A DNA stretch of 64,000 bases from an uncultured bacterium (GTDB taxonomy: Bacteria; Auribacterota; Erginobacteria; Erginobacterales; Erginobacteraceae). The position numbers were made by a program, and so were the translations under genes. Positions 8,727 to 20,018 of this stretch are shown here, one piece after another (within the stretch, counting starts at the first letter, position 1; each line of letters starts with the position of its first letter). Location: contig CAWGIE010000033.1 in the NCBI GenBank assembly GCA_963822585.1, positions 1 through 64,000 on the forward strand, in the 5' to 3' direction. Below the pieces are notes generated by a model. It was not told where the DNA came from. It saw only the letters and a list, made by a program, of their open reading frames with translations, and did no database searches.

Positions 8727-9158
8727 ATGAACTATTTGCAAAGCGCTTTCAGCTTCGTCATCATCACGACGGTGGGAATCTTCACTTTGATGGGAAACGG
8801 TTACGCCCAAACTCCCGCCCAGCCAATCATGAAGAGCCGCGTATACACCGCTCAGGACAGCTCAATCCAAGCCACCGTCGGGCAGGAATTCACCATCATT
8901 CTCGATTCCAACCCGACGACCGGATACAGCTGGGAATTCTCATCCCCCCTGGACGAGAAGATCATCGAGCTGATCGATTCCGCTTTCCAGCCTCCCCGAT
9001 CACGTCTCAAGGGGGCGGGAGGGAAACAACTCTGGATATTCCGCGCGGCGGGCGCCGGCGAGACAACAATATCCCTCAAGTATATCCGCCCCTGGGAAAA
9101 AGGAATCCCCCCCGTCCGGACCGCCGATTTCGCCGTTGTCGTGGAGAATCCTGATTAG
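8727..9158 (+). CDS. Protease inhibitor I42 (chagasin family), secreted
   Basis: SNPTTGYSW, GAGG, Y.RPWE motifs. Confidence 0.9.
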   Translation: MNYLQSAFSFVIITTVGIFTLMGNGYAQTPAQPIMKSRVYTAQDSSIQATVGQEFTIILDSNPTTGYSWEFSSPLDEKIIELIDSAFQPPRSRLKGAGGKQLWIFRAAGAGETTISLKYIRPWEKGIPPVRTADFAVVVENPD

Positions 9159-9415
9159 AACTACGAATTACTCGAATTACGCTAATGGCCCCCGCCTCGG
9201 CCCCTTATTGGTCCACAGATTACACAGAGGACACAGAGAATTTCTTCTTTGGACGTTGAACGTTGGATGTTGAACGTTGGACGTTCGAAGTTCGTCTTTT
9301 CGCCTTCCCCGCCTCGGCCCCTTTTTTCAGCCGCAAAAAGGCGCAAAATACACAAAATACTCCCTCTACCCCAGCCCCATTCTTGCCACCAAGACACTAA
9401 GACACCAAGAAAAGC
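9158..9415. repeat. Composite array with three copies of the 24-bp motif and shared modules
   Basis: Motif at ~9187, 9305, 9361; near-duplicate of 24311-24455. Confidence 0.85.
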
Positions 9416-9419
9416 TGAC

Positions 9420-10478
9420 TTATTCTTCCCCGTAAATCTCCTCCACCGAATAGCGGCCGTCCAGGACCACGGTCTCGATCATGTTTCCCCGGGTGACGAC
9501 CACCGGAGAGAGCATAAGAGCCGGGTATTCATCGCCGGCAACCTCGATCTCCCGCTCCCGGTTTCCCATGTCCTTAATGGCGTCGTCCGGGTCCATCCCG
9601 CTGGCCAGGCGGGCGGCGGCGCGAACGGCCAGTGCGGCCAGTTCCCGCGAGGGAGTGAAGACGGTGACCGCCTGTGTCCCCTTGATGATCCTCCGGCAGG
9701 CGGCCAGGTCGGCCCCCCATCCGGCCACGGTGACCTGTTCCGGCCATCCCAGGTTCTCCAGGCTTTCTATCACCGCCCCGGCCGCGGCATCACTGTCGGC
9801 CAGAACAATGGAAACCCGGTACAATCCCTTTTCGAGGGAGCGGAACTCGCTGTCGAGCCAAGCACCTAATCCCTCACCCACCGAGGAGGGGAGGACGAAA
9901 TCCGCCAGGACCGTGATCTCCCGTTCTCTTCTCTCCGACCACTCCGAAAACGCCCGCTCACGGCCGGCCCGCACCCGAAGGGCGCTCCAGGCGTTCTCCC
10001 CGCCGCCGATGATAACGGCCCCACCCTCGCCGGTCCGCTCCAGCGCTGCCTGCGCCTGCAAATACCCGCCCTCCTCCCCGTCCGGCCCCACGTAGAGATC
10101 GAATTCAGAAGCGGGGACCGGGGCGCGGTAGGCGAGAACGGGCAAATCCGCGTCCTTGGCCACGCCGACGATGGGAGCGGCGGAGATCGGATCCGCCGGC
10201 TGGAAAACCAGGACATCGGCCCCCTCCGCGATCAGTTCCCGGGCCTGCCGCTTCTGAAGTTCGGGGTCCCCTCCGGCCTCCCTGAGGAGAGGCCGCATCC
10301 CCATCTCATCCGCCTTCTCGACCAGGTATTGCGCTTCCCGGCTCCAGCGGACGCCGTCCGTGCTCGCCAGCAGGATGCCGACATTAAGCACGCCGTCCGG
10401 AACCCGTTCTTCCCGGCCGGCGCAGGAAGGGAGAATCAAGACGGTCAGGAGCGCCGGAATGATTTTCGGCATTTTCAT
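9420..10478 (-). CDS. Sugar ABC transporter substrate-binding lipoprotein (XylF-like)
   Basis: Lipobox LPSC; RW..E, Q..QARELI..GADVLV, DADL-like GADLAA..RII.GTQ..TV. Confidence 0.8.
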   Translation of the reverse strand: MKMPKIIPALLTVLILPSCAGREERVPDGVLNVGILLASTDGVRWSREAQYLVEKADEMGMRPLLREAGGDPELQKRQARELIAEGADVLVFQPADPISAAPIVGVAKDADLPVLAYRAPVPASEFDLYVGPDGEEGGYLQAQAALERTGEGGAVIIGGGENAWSALRVRAGRERAFSEWSERREREITVLADFVLPSSVGEGLGAWLDSEFRSLEKGLYRVSIVLADSDAAAGAVIESLENLGWPEQVTVAGWGADLAACRRIIKGTQAVTVFTPSRELAALAVRAAARLASGMDPDDAIKDMGNREREIEVAGDEYPALMLSPVVVTRGNMIETVVLDGRYSVEEIYGEE

Positions 10479-10487
10479 TTTTAGTAA

Positions 10488-10866
10488 ATTAGCTCGCTTC
10501 GCTCGTGACTTTTGCCTCTAAGACACCAAGGAAAACCAAGGAAAGGCAGTATTTTATCCTTAGGTTCTCCTCCACTTTCGATGGACAAATTAGGACTGTA
10601 TTATGATACTCAAAGATAAAAATTTTCAGAATAAGGATATCCCTGGCACCACCCTCCCCCTGACCCCCTCCCATCAAGGGAGGGGGAATCCATTTGGGGA
10701 CGGCTCACCTCCCCGCTACCCCTCCCCTCTTGATGGGGGGAGGCTTGGTGGGGGTGGTCACTAATCTACCTGACCATGTATCAATTTTAATATCCAGTTA
10801 TCCAAACAAAATGGAAAAACATATTCATCTTATTCTTTTCTTAGTGCCTTGGTGCCTTGGTGGCTA
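10488..10866. repeat. Composite intergenic element: boundary hairpin, inverted CCAAGG arms, CCCTCCCC..GGGAGGG palindromes
   Basis: agacaccaaggaaaaccaagg (~10520) versus cttagtgccttggtgccttggtggct (~10840-10865). Confidence 0.65.
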
Positions 10867-10877
10867 ATAATTTTGCG

Positions 10878-13845
10878 TCAAAGATCAGAGATGGCAAGGG
10901 GGATATCCCGAGAGCGGTTGGCGGCTTCCAGCTTCTCCCGGCTGGCGATGACACAGGTCGAGGAGTCAGCGACGGCGGGGCGCAGGACCTCGGCGGAGAC
11001 GCGGCGGATATCTTCCCCGGTCAGGCGGAAGAGTCTATCCCGGAACTCCCGGATCTTCTCATCGGCGATCCCCCCGAGATAGCGGGCCAGGGCCATTTCC
11101 ACGGCCTGTTCCGGGCGGATCGGCCGGTCAAGGTTTTTGACGGACCCGATGATCGCCTGTTCAACCCCGGTGGACGAGAGGTCCATCTCCTTTTCGATGT
11201 AATCACAGACCCCGTCATAGACCCGCAGGGTTTCCCCGACGTTGGGATCGCGGTAACTGGCCAGAGAAAAAGTTCCCCGGTGGCTGTTATAGGAAGCGCC
11301 GCAGCCATAGGCGCCCCCTTTCACCCGCACCTTTTCCCAGAGATAGCCGAAACTGATGGCCTGGGCCAGGAGCAAAAGAGCCGGGCCGGCGGGATGGGTG
11401 AAGGGGACCGACGGCTGGCTCCGGGCCACGAACGCGATGTCCGCGGGGACGGCGATCCCCTCCCGCCGTCCGGTTCTCGGGGAAAACCTCTCCTCTCCCA
11501 TCGCCGGGGGGGTTCGCGTCCATCCCTTCCAGCAGCCCGCGGTACCATTCCCGAACGGCCGTGACCGAGTCCGGGGAACCGAGAACAACTGCGGTCAGAC
11601 GGTTCCGGTTCTGGAGAGCATCCCGCACCGTGCTCAGCCGTTCCCCCACCAGGCCGCTCTCCCGGTCAAACCGGCCGGCCAGATCCTCATATAATCGGAC
11701 CGCGCTCACCCCCTTCATCGACTCACTGAGAGCGCAGTTCGCGCTGAACCCCCGGGAAGCGTAGGAAACGGCAAAACTGTTTCCGGACCGGATCACCCGG
11801 CTCCGGAGGGCTATTCTTCCCTGAAGGATGACGTCCTTCAGCCGCCGCAGGTCAGCAAAGTCGCAAAGCGTCAACCGCTGCCGGAGCATCTCCAGCATCC
11901 GGGGCAGCTTGCGGTCGAGCGCGCTGCAGAAGACGAGCAGACGGGGCTGGACAATGAGGTGATCCTCGGCGGTGCCCGCGATCATGATATCGCTCTCGAC
12001 GCCGCCGCTGCAGGCAGCCTCCCTCTCGGCCATTTCCGCGTAATCGAACCCGGCGGCGCCCATCCCTCCCAGGGCATCGGTGAAGAGGGGGAGGTAGCCG
12101 AGGGCATCTTCATCAAGACCGAGCAGATCAAAGGAAAGGGCGAGATAAGTGATGCCGTTGCTGAACATATCCGTCACCAGAAAGGGGCGGCCGCTTACTT
12201 CCTCCACCGCCGTGTCCAGTTTGAGCGGTTCGACCGGGACATCACTGAGGGAGAGCCGGGGAAGCGTCGCCAGATCCTGGGGACTGTTGGGTTCGGATTG
12301 GAGTAATCCCAATTCGGCCGCCTCCCGGACAATCCTCTCCCGTTCAGCGGAGCTTAATCGGGCCTTTATCTCCTCCAGCCGCCGCTGTTCTCTCTTTTCC
12401 TGGCCGGCGGTGTACGAAGGATCCGGCTGGAACGTCAAAAGCACCCGATGAGGATTGTCCGGCACCATCCGGCGGAGGCGCTCTTCAAAAAAACCGGGGC
12501 CGGCTTCATATTGCCGGCGGGCCTCCGCGATGTGACGGTTGATATGCATCCAGAGGATCGGGTCGCCGGCGGACGCCCAGGACTCGAACGCGCGATCCAT
12601 CAGGCGGATGGGGTAAGCGCTCTTTATCTCCCGCGCGGACAGCTCCAGGTGATGAAAGGCGGACTCCATTTTCTCCCGATCCACCCCCCGGGCGGCAACC
12701 TCGGAACAGGTCCGCAAAATCAGATCCAGTATCGCATCGGCCCGATCGGGTTCGGTCCCCTTCAGGCCGACCGTGAAATAGGTGTCGCGCTGGAAGGACG
12801 AATAACCGGAGTCAGTGAGTTCTTCTCCCAGTTTGGAATCGATGAGCGCCTTCCGGAGGGGAGAGGCGGCATTCCCGAGAAGATAATCGGAAAGAAGATG
12901 CAGAGCGAGCGTCTCCACCGGCCGGTTATTCCTCCCGGCCCGGAACGCCGCCGCCACCACCGCCTTCTTTTCCGGATTTTCATTGCCGCCGATCGGGTAG
13001 GCGCGGGTACTCCGCCGGGGCTCCGTCCAGGGCGGCTGAACGGCGATCGAGGTATCGATCGTCTCCCGGGTGAAGTGGCGCAGGAATTCCCGATCGAGGA
13101 ATTCCAAGTGCCGCGTCGTCGGGATGTCTCCATAGATAAATATCAACGAGTTGGAAGGATGATACCGGGTCCGATGATATTCTTTGAACCGCTCGTAGGT
13201 CAAAGCGGTAATGGCTTCCGGTTCGCCGCCGAAATCGTACCCGTAGGCATTGTCCGGGAAGAGGTTCTTCGGTATCTCCCGTTCGATGATCCCGTCCAGG
13301 TCGGAATACACCCCCTTCATCTCATTATAGACAACCCCCTTGATCACCAGGGGCGTTTCCGGATCGGAGGGGTCCTCGAATTCGAAATGATGTCCTTCCT
13401 GCTTGAAGTGCTCACGGCCGATACGGGGATAAAAAACGGCGTCGCAATAAACACCGGTCAGGTTGAAGAAGTCCTTCTCGTTCATGCTGGCGCAGGGATA
13501 AAGCGTCCGATCCGGATACGTCATGGCGTTGAGGAAGGTAGCCAGGCTCGTCTTCAACAGCTCCACGAACGGGTCCTTGACCGGGTACTTCCTCGATCCG
13601 CACAGCACCGTATGCTCCAGGATATGGGGCAGCCCGCTGTTATCGGGCGGGGGGGTGCGGAAACCGATGGCGAAGAGGTTCTCGGGGTCGAACGTATGGA
13701 GATGGAGCAGATGGGCGCCGCTTTGGGGATGATCGGCCCCGTAAGCGACGGCCCGGATCTCGGGCAGCGGGATGACGCGGGTGATCAGGAATCCGTGCAG
13801 CTTTTTACCGACGGGAAGCAATTGTTCGGGGATGCGCGGGTTCAT
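10878..13845 (-). CDS. Insulinase-family M16C peptidase (presequence protease-like), one apparent frameshift
   Basis: HILEHTVLCGSRKYPVKDPF; C-terminal RVKGGAYG, SYRDP in another frame; shift near G-run at ~11506-11512. Confidence 0.88.
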
Positions 13846-14050
13846 TTATAAATTAGCGGCTTCGCCGCTACTTTATGTGGGCCCCCGATTGATTCAGCCG
13901 GGGGTCTGTTGGTTAACTAAAATATTTCTATCGAGGCAATCGAATAATAAAGCCTTGCAACCATTAGCCGACATGATCCTCCCGGGAAATGATTTTTTGT
14001 TGGCTTGAAGTATACAACTATTATTTTTTCGGAGAAAAAATAATAATAAT

Positions 14051-14080
14051 AAAAAAGGCTCCCCGGAGGGAGCCTTTTTT
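14051..14080. terminator. Intrinsic terminator, bidirectional shape
   Basis: aaaaaaggctccc-cgga-gggagcctttttt just after the minus-strand gene ending at 14098. Confidence 0.85.
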
Positions 14081-14097
14081 ACCGGACAAGAAATAAA

Positions 14098-14661
14098 TTA
14101 TTCGTCGGAGCTGACCTGCCAACTGTCCGAGACCAGCTTCCAGACTCCGTCTTCCTTTACGAAAGTTGCGGTGCCTTTCTGATCGTTCAACCCGCCGGCG
14201 AAATCCGTCGCCTGCCCCGTGAGAGTCAGGGTGGCGGTATCTCCCTGGATGTCCTCCGTGATCACGGCGTATTCGACCGGGGCCATCATCTTCATCATCT
14301 CGGCAATCTGCTTTTTCTGTTCGTCGGGCATCGCCTGAAGCTGATCCATCTTTTCCTTGGTCACATAGGCGGCCATCTTGTCGAGATCACCCGCCCTCAT
14401 GGCCACGATATAAAGGCCATAAACATCCTGGGGCATCTCACCCGCCGGAGCAGCGGCAGCCTCAGGCATCTCTCCCGCGGGCATATCGCTCTTGGACATC
14501 TCACCCGCAGGCATGTCTCCCGCGGGCATATCGCCCTCGGACATCGCGGCCGCCGGAGCGGCAGCGGCTTTGGTAGTATCGCACTGCGACCACGCCGGCA
14601 AGGCGACGACCAGCATGACCGCCGCCACGGCGAGTACCACAAATAAAATCCTTTCTTTCAT
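14098..14661 (-). CDS. Secreted protein with Met-rich GDMPA repeats and C-terminal DUF4878/NTF2-like domain
   Basis: Signal peptide; E.I.GDTATL, FVKEDGVWKL; AGGAGG SD. Confidence 0.7.
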   Translation of the reverse strand: MKERILFVVLAVAAVMLVVALPAWSQCDTTKAAAAPAAAMSEGDMPAGDMPAGEMSKSDMPAGEMPEAAAAPAGEMPQDVYGLYIVAMRAGDLDKMAAYVTKEKMDQLQAMPDEQKKQIAEMMKMMAPVEYAVITEDIQGDTATLTLTGQATDFAGGLNDQKGTATFVKEDGVWKLVSDSWQVSSDE

Positions 14662-14850
14662 CCTTATTCCTCCTGATACGATTACGCCTTTCCTCCCACC
14701 GTGGGAGAATCCGGCAAAACTCATTATCCCCCGGCGAGACAGCCCGTGGCAATAAAAAAATCGAGATTCGGTGTCTACCGCTCCCTAACAGACACGAGGG
14801 ATATTTTTGCGGCAACGGACCGGTCAGCGAGTCCTTGAATCGTTATCCCC

Positions 14851-15888
14851 TCACGGGCCAGAGAATCCCCATATTTTTCGGCGATCAGCGCCAGCAACGA
14901 AACGCCCGCCCTGTCCGACGCCAGGGGGGTAATCCCGGGCGACCGTCTCGAAAGCCGCACCCGCCTCCCGGTACTCGCGGCGGGCAATATGCACTGCTCC
15001 GGTATTAAAGAACCCCATCGCTTTCAGGGGCCCGCCTTTGCCCACCCGCACGTCAGGGAACCGCTCCATCAGCGTACGCGCCGATTCCAGGGCCCCGTCA
15101 TACTGCTTCCGCTCCAGTTGAAGCTCGCCGGCAGCGAGACAGGCTTCCGCGGTAAAGCTCTCGTTCGGATACTTCCAGGCAAGCAGTGTGAACGCCGCGA
15201 TGGCCTTATCCGGCTCGTTTTCTCCCCCGCATATATGACCAACGAGAGCAAGCTGCCGAGCCGTGAGGAGATGGAAATTCTCCGGCTCCTTCTGCCGGGC
15301 GATGAGGTTGTCCAGGAATGAGAGATCGATACCGTTCTCCGTAAGCGTGTCGTAGAACCAGCGTTTGGCCCTGATGGACATTAAGGCATCCCCGCTGCGG
15401 TGACCGGACGCGTAGGGAAATTTGTCGACCAGGTTTCTGAGCGATGCGGCAGCCTTTTCATATTCCCCGGTTTCGCAGTAGGCTTTGGCGAGCAGGAAGT
15501 AGGCGTACCCCCCCACCTCGACACCGTCGCCGTACCGGTCCTGATCGTACTTTTCGGCCGCCAGTGTTAAGGTCTCTATCGCTTCCTGATAGTTCTTACC
15601 GCTCAGCTGCAGCCCCGCCAGGTAGATAGCGGCACAGCCGGCCCGGTTCTGCTCCGGGAACCGCTCGATCAACGCGCGGTAAGTCGTGAGGGCATCGGCG
15701 TTTCTTCCTTTACGGCACAGCCTGCCCCCCTCCCGGTAGAGTCCCTCGGGGGTGGTCGCCTCCGGCAGGTAAGATTGCGCGGCCGCTGCCACGGGACTAC
15801 CGGTTTCGACGCCGCCTTTCTCCGCGTTTCCCCGGACACTGCACGAGATCCCGAATGCCATCAGAGCAACTATCACCAGATGTATCAT
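14851..15888 (-). CDS. TPR-repeat lipoprotein (BamD/CpoB-like repeats), probable frameshift near C-terminus
   Basis: Lipobox GISC; repeated A...Y..LI..FP helices. Confidence 0.7.
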   Translation of the reverse strand: MIHLVIVALMAFGISCSVRGNAEKGGVETGSPVAAAAQSYLPEATTPEGLYREGGRLCRKGRNADALTTYRALIERFPEQNRAGCAAIYLAGLQLSGKNYQEAIETLTLAAEKYDQDRYGDGVEVGGYAYFLLAKAYCETGEYEKAAASLRNLVDKFPYASGHRSGDALMSIRAKRWFYDTLTENGIDLSFLDNLIARQKEPENFHLLTARQLALVGHICGGENEPDKAIAAFTLLAWKYPNESFTAEACLAAGELQLERKQYDGALESARTLMERFPDVRVGKGGPLKAMGFFNTGAVHIARREYREAGAAFETVARDYPPGVGQGGRFVAGADRRKIWGFSGP

Positions 15889-16881
15889 TTCCTCTCCTCC
15901 TTTTTTTACATTTCTTCATTACTCTCCCCATACCGATGACGATGGTGAGTATCGGCAACACGATCATAACTCCGGCGAGGAACAAATACGGCCAGATAAT
16001 GTACCATCCGCACCCCTCAATCCCGGCCACGTCGTAGAAAAACCGCCGTCCCCGTATGAATGATAACCTCCGATTGTTTGCAGTTTCTTTTAAAATACAT
16101 TCGTAATAGGGATAGTGGTCATTTGACAATTGTCCTCCAGTAACCCCTACAAAAACCAAACGCTGGCCGATTCCGTCCTGAGCATCCACCACGATACCCC
16201 GTAGCATATCCGAAAAATTATAGCCTTCATCCGGTGCTTCCATGAGACCGCTGGTTTGAATGATCGAGTATAATCCGGAGAGATCCTGCCCGAGCCTCGG
16301 AGTAATCAGGCGGGAGAAATCTCTTTCCGATGGAAGACTAACCAGAATATGCTCATCAATACCGTCATAGAGATCGCGTTCGGCAAATGAAATACTTTCC
16401 TGGAGATGAGATTTTTTTGATAATGAAATATTTTTCTCCCGAAGGTCCCTCCTCTGTCGCAACAGGGAACACCGCTTTAACTTTGGCGATCGTCGCTGTT
16501 TCGGGAAGGAGCGGCGGTCGGAAGAAATAGTATCCCCAATAAAGCCGGGATAAGATGATGGAGACCACAAATGCAACCAGGCAAATACTCAGCGCAGTAA
16601 AAAGATAGATACGAGCCGGACGTTGAAGTCGTGTTATTTTCCGGACCAGACCGGAAAGAAGAAGGGATAGGACATAACACGCTGCCAGGTTAATAATGAG
16701 AATGACCCATATCTTAGACAGGGATCCACCTATAACAAAATGGACTGATGCCGAAAGACCGAACCGATACCGTCGCCCCTCCGTTTTCTAGGGAATATGT
16801 TGTCATACCTGAAGAGGAAAAAGCCGCCTGAAGCATCAATATAAGCACAAAGAAAAGAATATGGAGCGCGCTGGGGTTCAT
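15797..16881 (-). pseudogene. Lower-GC hypothetical membrane protein, fragmented by frameshifts
   Basis: Overlapping ORF pieces 16365-16568, 16477-16680, 15797-16576; ATG at 16881. Confidence 0.45.
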
Positions 16882-16908
16882 TAATTTTAAGATTCCCCCG
16901 GTTGCGTG

Positions 16909-18288
16909 TCAGATCAGTCTTTTTCCCGGTTTGCCTGTATCATACCTCTCCCCTCGATTACGAGCCATTGTGAAATTAATCGCGTACCAGTCGATCTTCC
17001 TGGTCCGGTACATGATGAAGCCGAGGATCACCAGCAGGCCGAGGCTTCCCATCAGCAGGGCGTAATCGTCAAGCTGAAGCAGGACATAGATGTAGGCATA
17101 CAGAACGGCCAGCATGCCACCCACCATGGCCGCCAGCTTGGAACTCTTGAGGATACTCCGCGCGTACCCCGCTATCAGGACGATTACGGCCAGGGCGGAA
17201 ATAAAATAGGCGAGATTGAATCCGGCATACTCCGAGATTGAGATCAGGAGGGAGTAAAACAGGACTATCGCCAGACCGACCAATATGTACTGGATGGGAT
17301 GAATCCGCAGACGGTTTATCACCTCGGAGAGAAAAAAGGCCGCGAAGGTGAGCACGATAAAGAGCAGGGCATACTTGGCGGTCCGCATGGACTTCCGATA
17401 GATATCCACCGGGATCAGCAGTTTCACCCCGAAACTCGCCTCGTCCAGCCGGCGTTTTCCCCGCCAAGCCTGGGGAAAGTTCCGGTTCAGGTCCAGAACC
17501 TGCCACTCGGCCGAGAATCCGTTTTTATCGACGGTTCTCTCCCGGGGCAGAAACGATCCGTCAAAACTCGGATCGGGCCAGGGGGATGACATGGAAACGG
17601 TGGTGGTCTTGCCGACCGGGACAAAGCCGATCCGCTGACTGCCGTTGAGATCCAGGCCGATGCGGTACTCATACGCTTTGACCCCCTCCCCCAGTTTCAC
17701 CATCGCCGTAATCCCCGAACCGAACAGATCCGCCGTCTCCAGACCGGGTGTCACGGCCAGCGGGGTGTTGTCGAAAGAAACGCTTATCCGCTCTTTGATT
17801 CCCCGCGGGTCGGATATTCCCAAACTAAGGCGGGCGCCGGACCAGAGAACATGTTCGGGAGGTATGTTCAAGGCCCCGGGATCGGGAAGGGAAAAACTCC
17901 CCGTCAACTCAAGCTCGGTATTATAAAGTACCGCTTCGTATATCCCCCGGTATCGTATTTCGGAGAAGATCTCGCTATTTACGGCCAGGGTGTCCGGCAA
18001 AAAATGCGCGTAGGCGATAGTGAAATCAGTATTGCCGTCCTTATCCCGGAAGTATTGCTTATAGGGGATGGAGAGCACGGGGCCGGCGATTACCTGCTCA
18101 CCCGCCCATTTCGAGCTGGTCTCCCTCCGCACTTCCTCTCCCCGATTCTCTCTCTCCCGGATGAGAGAGCGGACGAGGGCAGCGGGGATCATGAGCAGCA
18201 GGACCAGCAGGCAGATAACCGCCAGCCGGAAGCTGACCGAGTTGATCACCGCTCCCGCAAACCTTTTGACCGGATTCACACCATTCAT
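16909..18288 (-). CDS. creD: Inner membrane protein CreD
   Basis: LLMIP..LIRERE.R, RYRGIYE, PDPSFDG.FLP, KYALLFI, IHPIQY, TRKIDWY; GAGGAGG SD before ATG 18288. Confidence 0.92.
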   Translation of the reverse strand: MNGVNPVKRFAGAVINSVSFRLAVICLLVLLLMIPAALVRSLIRERENRGEEVRRETSSKWAGEQVIAGPVLSIPYKQYFRDKDGNTDFTIAYAHFLPDTLAVNSEIFSEIRYRGIYEAVLYNTELELTGSFSLPDPGALNIPPEHVLWSGARLSLGISDPRGIKERISVSFDNTPLAVTPGLETADLFGSGITAMVKLGEGVKAYEYRIGLDLNGSQRIGFVPVGKTTTVSMSSPWPDPSFDGSFLPRERTVDKNGFSAEWQVLDLNRNFPQAWRGKRRLDEASFGVKLLIPVDIYRKSMRTAKYALLFIVLTFAAFFLSEVINRLRIHPIQYILVGLAIVLFYSLLISISEYAGFNLAYFISALAVIVLIAGYARSILKSSKLAAMVGGMLAVLYAYIYVLLQLDDYALLMGSLGLLVILGFIMYRTRKIDWYAINFTMARNRGERYDTGKPGKRLI

Positions 18289-18458
18289 ACACACCTCCTC
18301 GGGTTTATCCGAAGAAACTTTTTCTCCGATTGATGCCCCCGAAGATAGAAGGAACAGTGTGAAAAAAGTATGAAACGAGGGTGAAAAGTTGGTGAAAAAA
18401 ATTGGGGAATGGGGATTTGGGAAAATGATCGGATTTGCGGGAGGCACGGGATGAAAGA

Positions 18459-18665
18459 ATGAACGTTGAACGTCGAACATTCAACCCCAACGTTGAACTG
18501 CCCCCCTCACCCGATTGAGCGAAGCTCCCTTCGACAAGCTCAGGGTCTATGACAATCGCCCTCTCCCCCCGGTGGGTGGAGAGGGAAAAACGAACAGAAA
18601 ACTGAACTCATCAACGTTCAAGCTCAATGTTCAAATCAACTGAAATTCGGCGAAGCCGAATTTCA
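18459..18665. repeat. AACGTTG-family 7-mer arms with nested REP-like palindromes and terminal GCGAAGC hairpin
   Basis: gaacgttgaacgtcgaacattcaac...; tgaaattcggcgaagccgaatttca at 18641-18665. Confidence 0.7.
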
Positions 18666-18667
18666 GT

Positions 18668-19903
18668 TTAGCGGACGAACATCACGCCGGCGATGGCGGC
18701 GCTGAGCAGGTTGGCCAGGACCGCCGCCAGGACCGCCCGGAAGCCCAGTTTGGCCACGTCCTTCCGGCGGCCGGGGGCGATCTCGCCGATCCCCCCGATC
18801 TGGATGGCGATCGAGGAGAAGTTGGCAAACCCGGTGAGGGCGAAACAGGTCATCAGGTAGGCACGATGGGAGAGCCCGGCGGCCACGTATCCCTTCAGGT
18901 CGGCGTAAGCGATAAACTCGTTGAAGACCGTCTTCTTCCCCAGCATGGTCGCCACCGCGGGGATGTCTTTCACCGGGACTCCGATAATAAAGGCGATGGG
19001 CGTAAATATCCACCCCAGTATCCTGTTGAGAGAGAGATGCAGTCCGGGGACCAGTCCGACCGCGTAATTAAGCAGATAAATGACCGAGACAAATGACAGC
19101 AGCATCACGGCCACCCCCACCGTTACCTTCCAGCCGTCGGTCGCCCCCTGGGCGATGGCGTCGAGGAAGTTGAGGGTCTTGGGTTCGTCCTCGATGATCG
19201 GCTTGTCACCCTCCGTCTCCGGCGTCCCGGTCTCCGGGATCATGATCTTGGCCATGATGATCGCGCCGGGGGCGGCCATGATGCTGGCGGCGAGCACGTA
19301 GCTCATCTGAGCCCCCATGGCGTTGTAAGCGACGAAGAGACTGCCGGCCACCGTGGCCATGCCGCTGACCATGAGAACGAAAAACTCCGATTCGGTCAGT
19401 TTCTCCACGTAAGGGGCGATCACCAGCGGGGCCTGGGTCTGCCCCAGGAAAACGTTGCTGACCGTGGCCAGGGACTCGGCGCTGCTGATACCAAGAGCCT
19501 TGGTGAAGAGGATGGATATCCATCTCACCACCGCCTGCATGATCTTGTAGTGATAAAGAACGGCGATAATCGAGCCGGTAAAGACGATCGGGACCAGCGC
19601 CTCCAGGATGAAAGCGTGCTGGACCTGGAAGTCCTTGATCCCTTGCCCCGAGTAAAGCCATCCGAAGACAAAGTCGATCCCATCATAGGCAAAACTGAGC
19701 ACCCGGACAATGGCGTTGCTGATGAAATTAAAGAACGCCATCCCCGGGCCCGTATGGAGGATGAGGAAAGCGAAGACAAACTCCGAAAGGAGGGCGATGA
19801 GGACGATTTTCCACCGGATCTTCTTCTTATTGCTGGAAAAGAGGAACGCGATCAGAAGAAGGACCGCGATCCCGGCCAGACTGAGAAGGTTGAGCCCGCT
19901 CAT
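18668..19903 (-). CDS. nupC: CNT-family Na+/H+ nucleoside transporter
   Basis: FLGQTQAPL, GMATVAGS, NEFIAY, FALTGFANFSSIAIQIGG. Confidence 0.92.
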   Translation of the reverse strand: MSGLNLLSLAGIAVLLLIAFLFSSNKKKIRWKIVLIALLSEFVFAFLILHTGPGMAFFNFISNAIVRVLSFAYDGIDFVFGWLYSGQGIKDFQVQHAFILEALVPIVFTGSIIAVLYHYKIMQAVVRWISILFTKALGISSAESLATVSNVFLGQTQAPLVIAPYVEKLTESEFFVLMVSGMATVAGSLFVAYNAMGAQMSYVLAASIMAAPGAIIMAKIMIPETGTPETEGDKPIIEDEPKTLNFLDAIAQGATDGWKVTVGVAVMLLSFVSVIYLLNYAVGLVPGLHLSLNRILGWIFTPIAFIIGVPVKDIPAVATMLGKKTVFNEFIAYADLKGYVAAGLSHRAYLMTCFALTGFANFSSIAIQIGGIGEIAPGRRKDVAKLGFRAVLAAVLANLLSAAIAGVMFVR

Positions 19904-19929
19904 GATAAAACCTCCACAAGAACTTAATT

Positions 19930-19998
19930 TAACCGCGGATTGTGCGGATTATGCTGATTAAATAAAAACAATCCGCTTAATTCGTTTAATCCGCGGTT
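19930..19998. repeat. Inverted 9-mer arm element (AACCGCGGATT...AATCCGCGGTT)
   Basis: Reverse-complementary ends with internal 9-bp periodicity. Confidence 0.75.
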
Positions 19999-20018
19999 CA
20001 TTGAAATTCCGCCGGGCA

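Noticed and set aside
9182..9397. Small GRGRG-containing ORFs over the motif arrays (also 1548-1805, 7599-7799)
   Set aside because: Translations of the repeat motif with no consistent start, SD or length
18289..18480. N-terminal extensions of creD, cysK, mlaF and the MFP in the ORF track
   Set aside because: They run into intergenic or repeat sequence; downstream starts fit the families better
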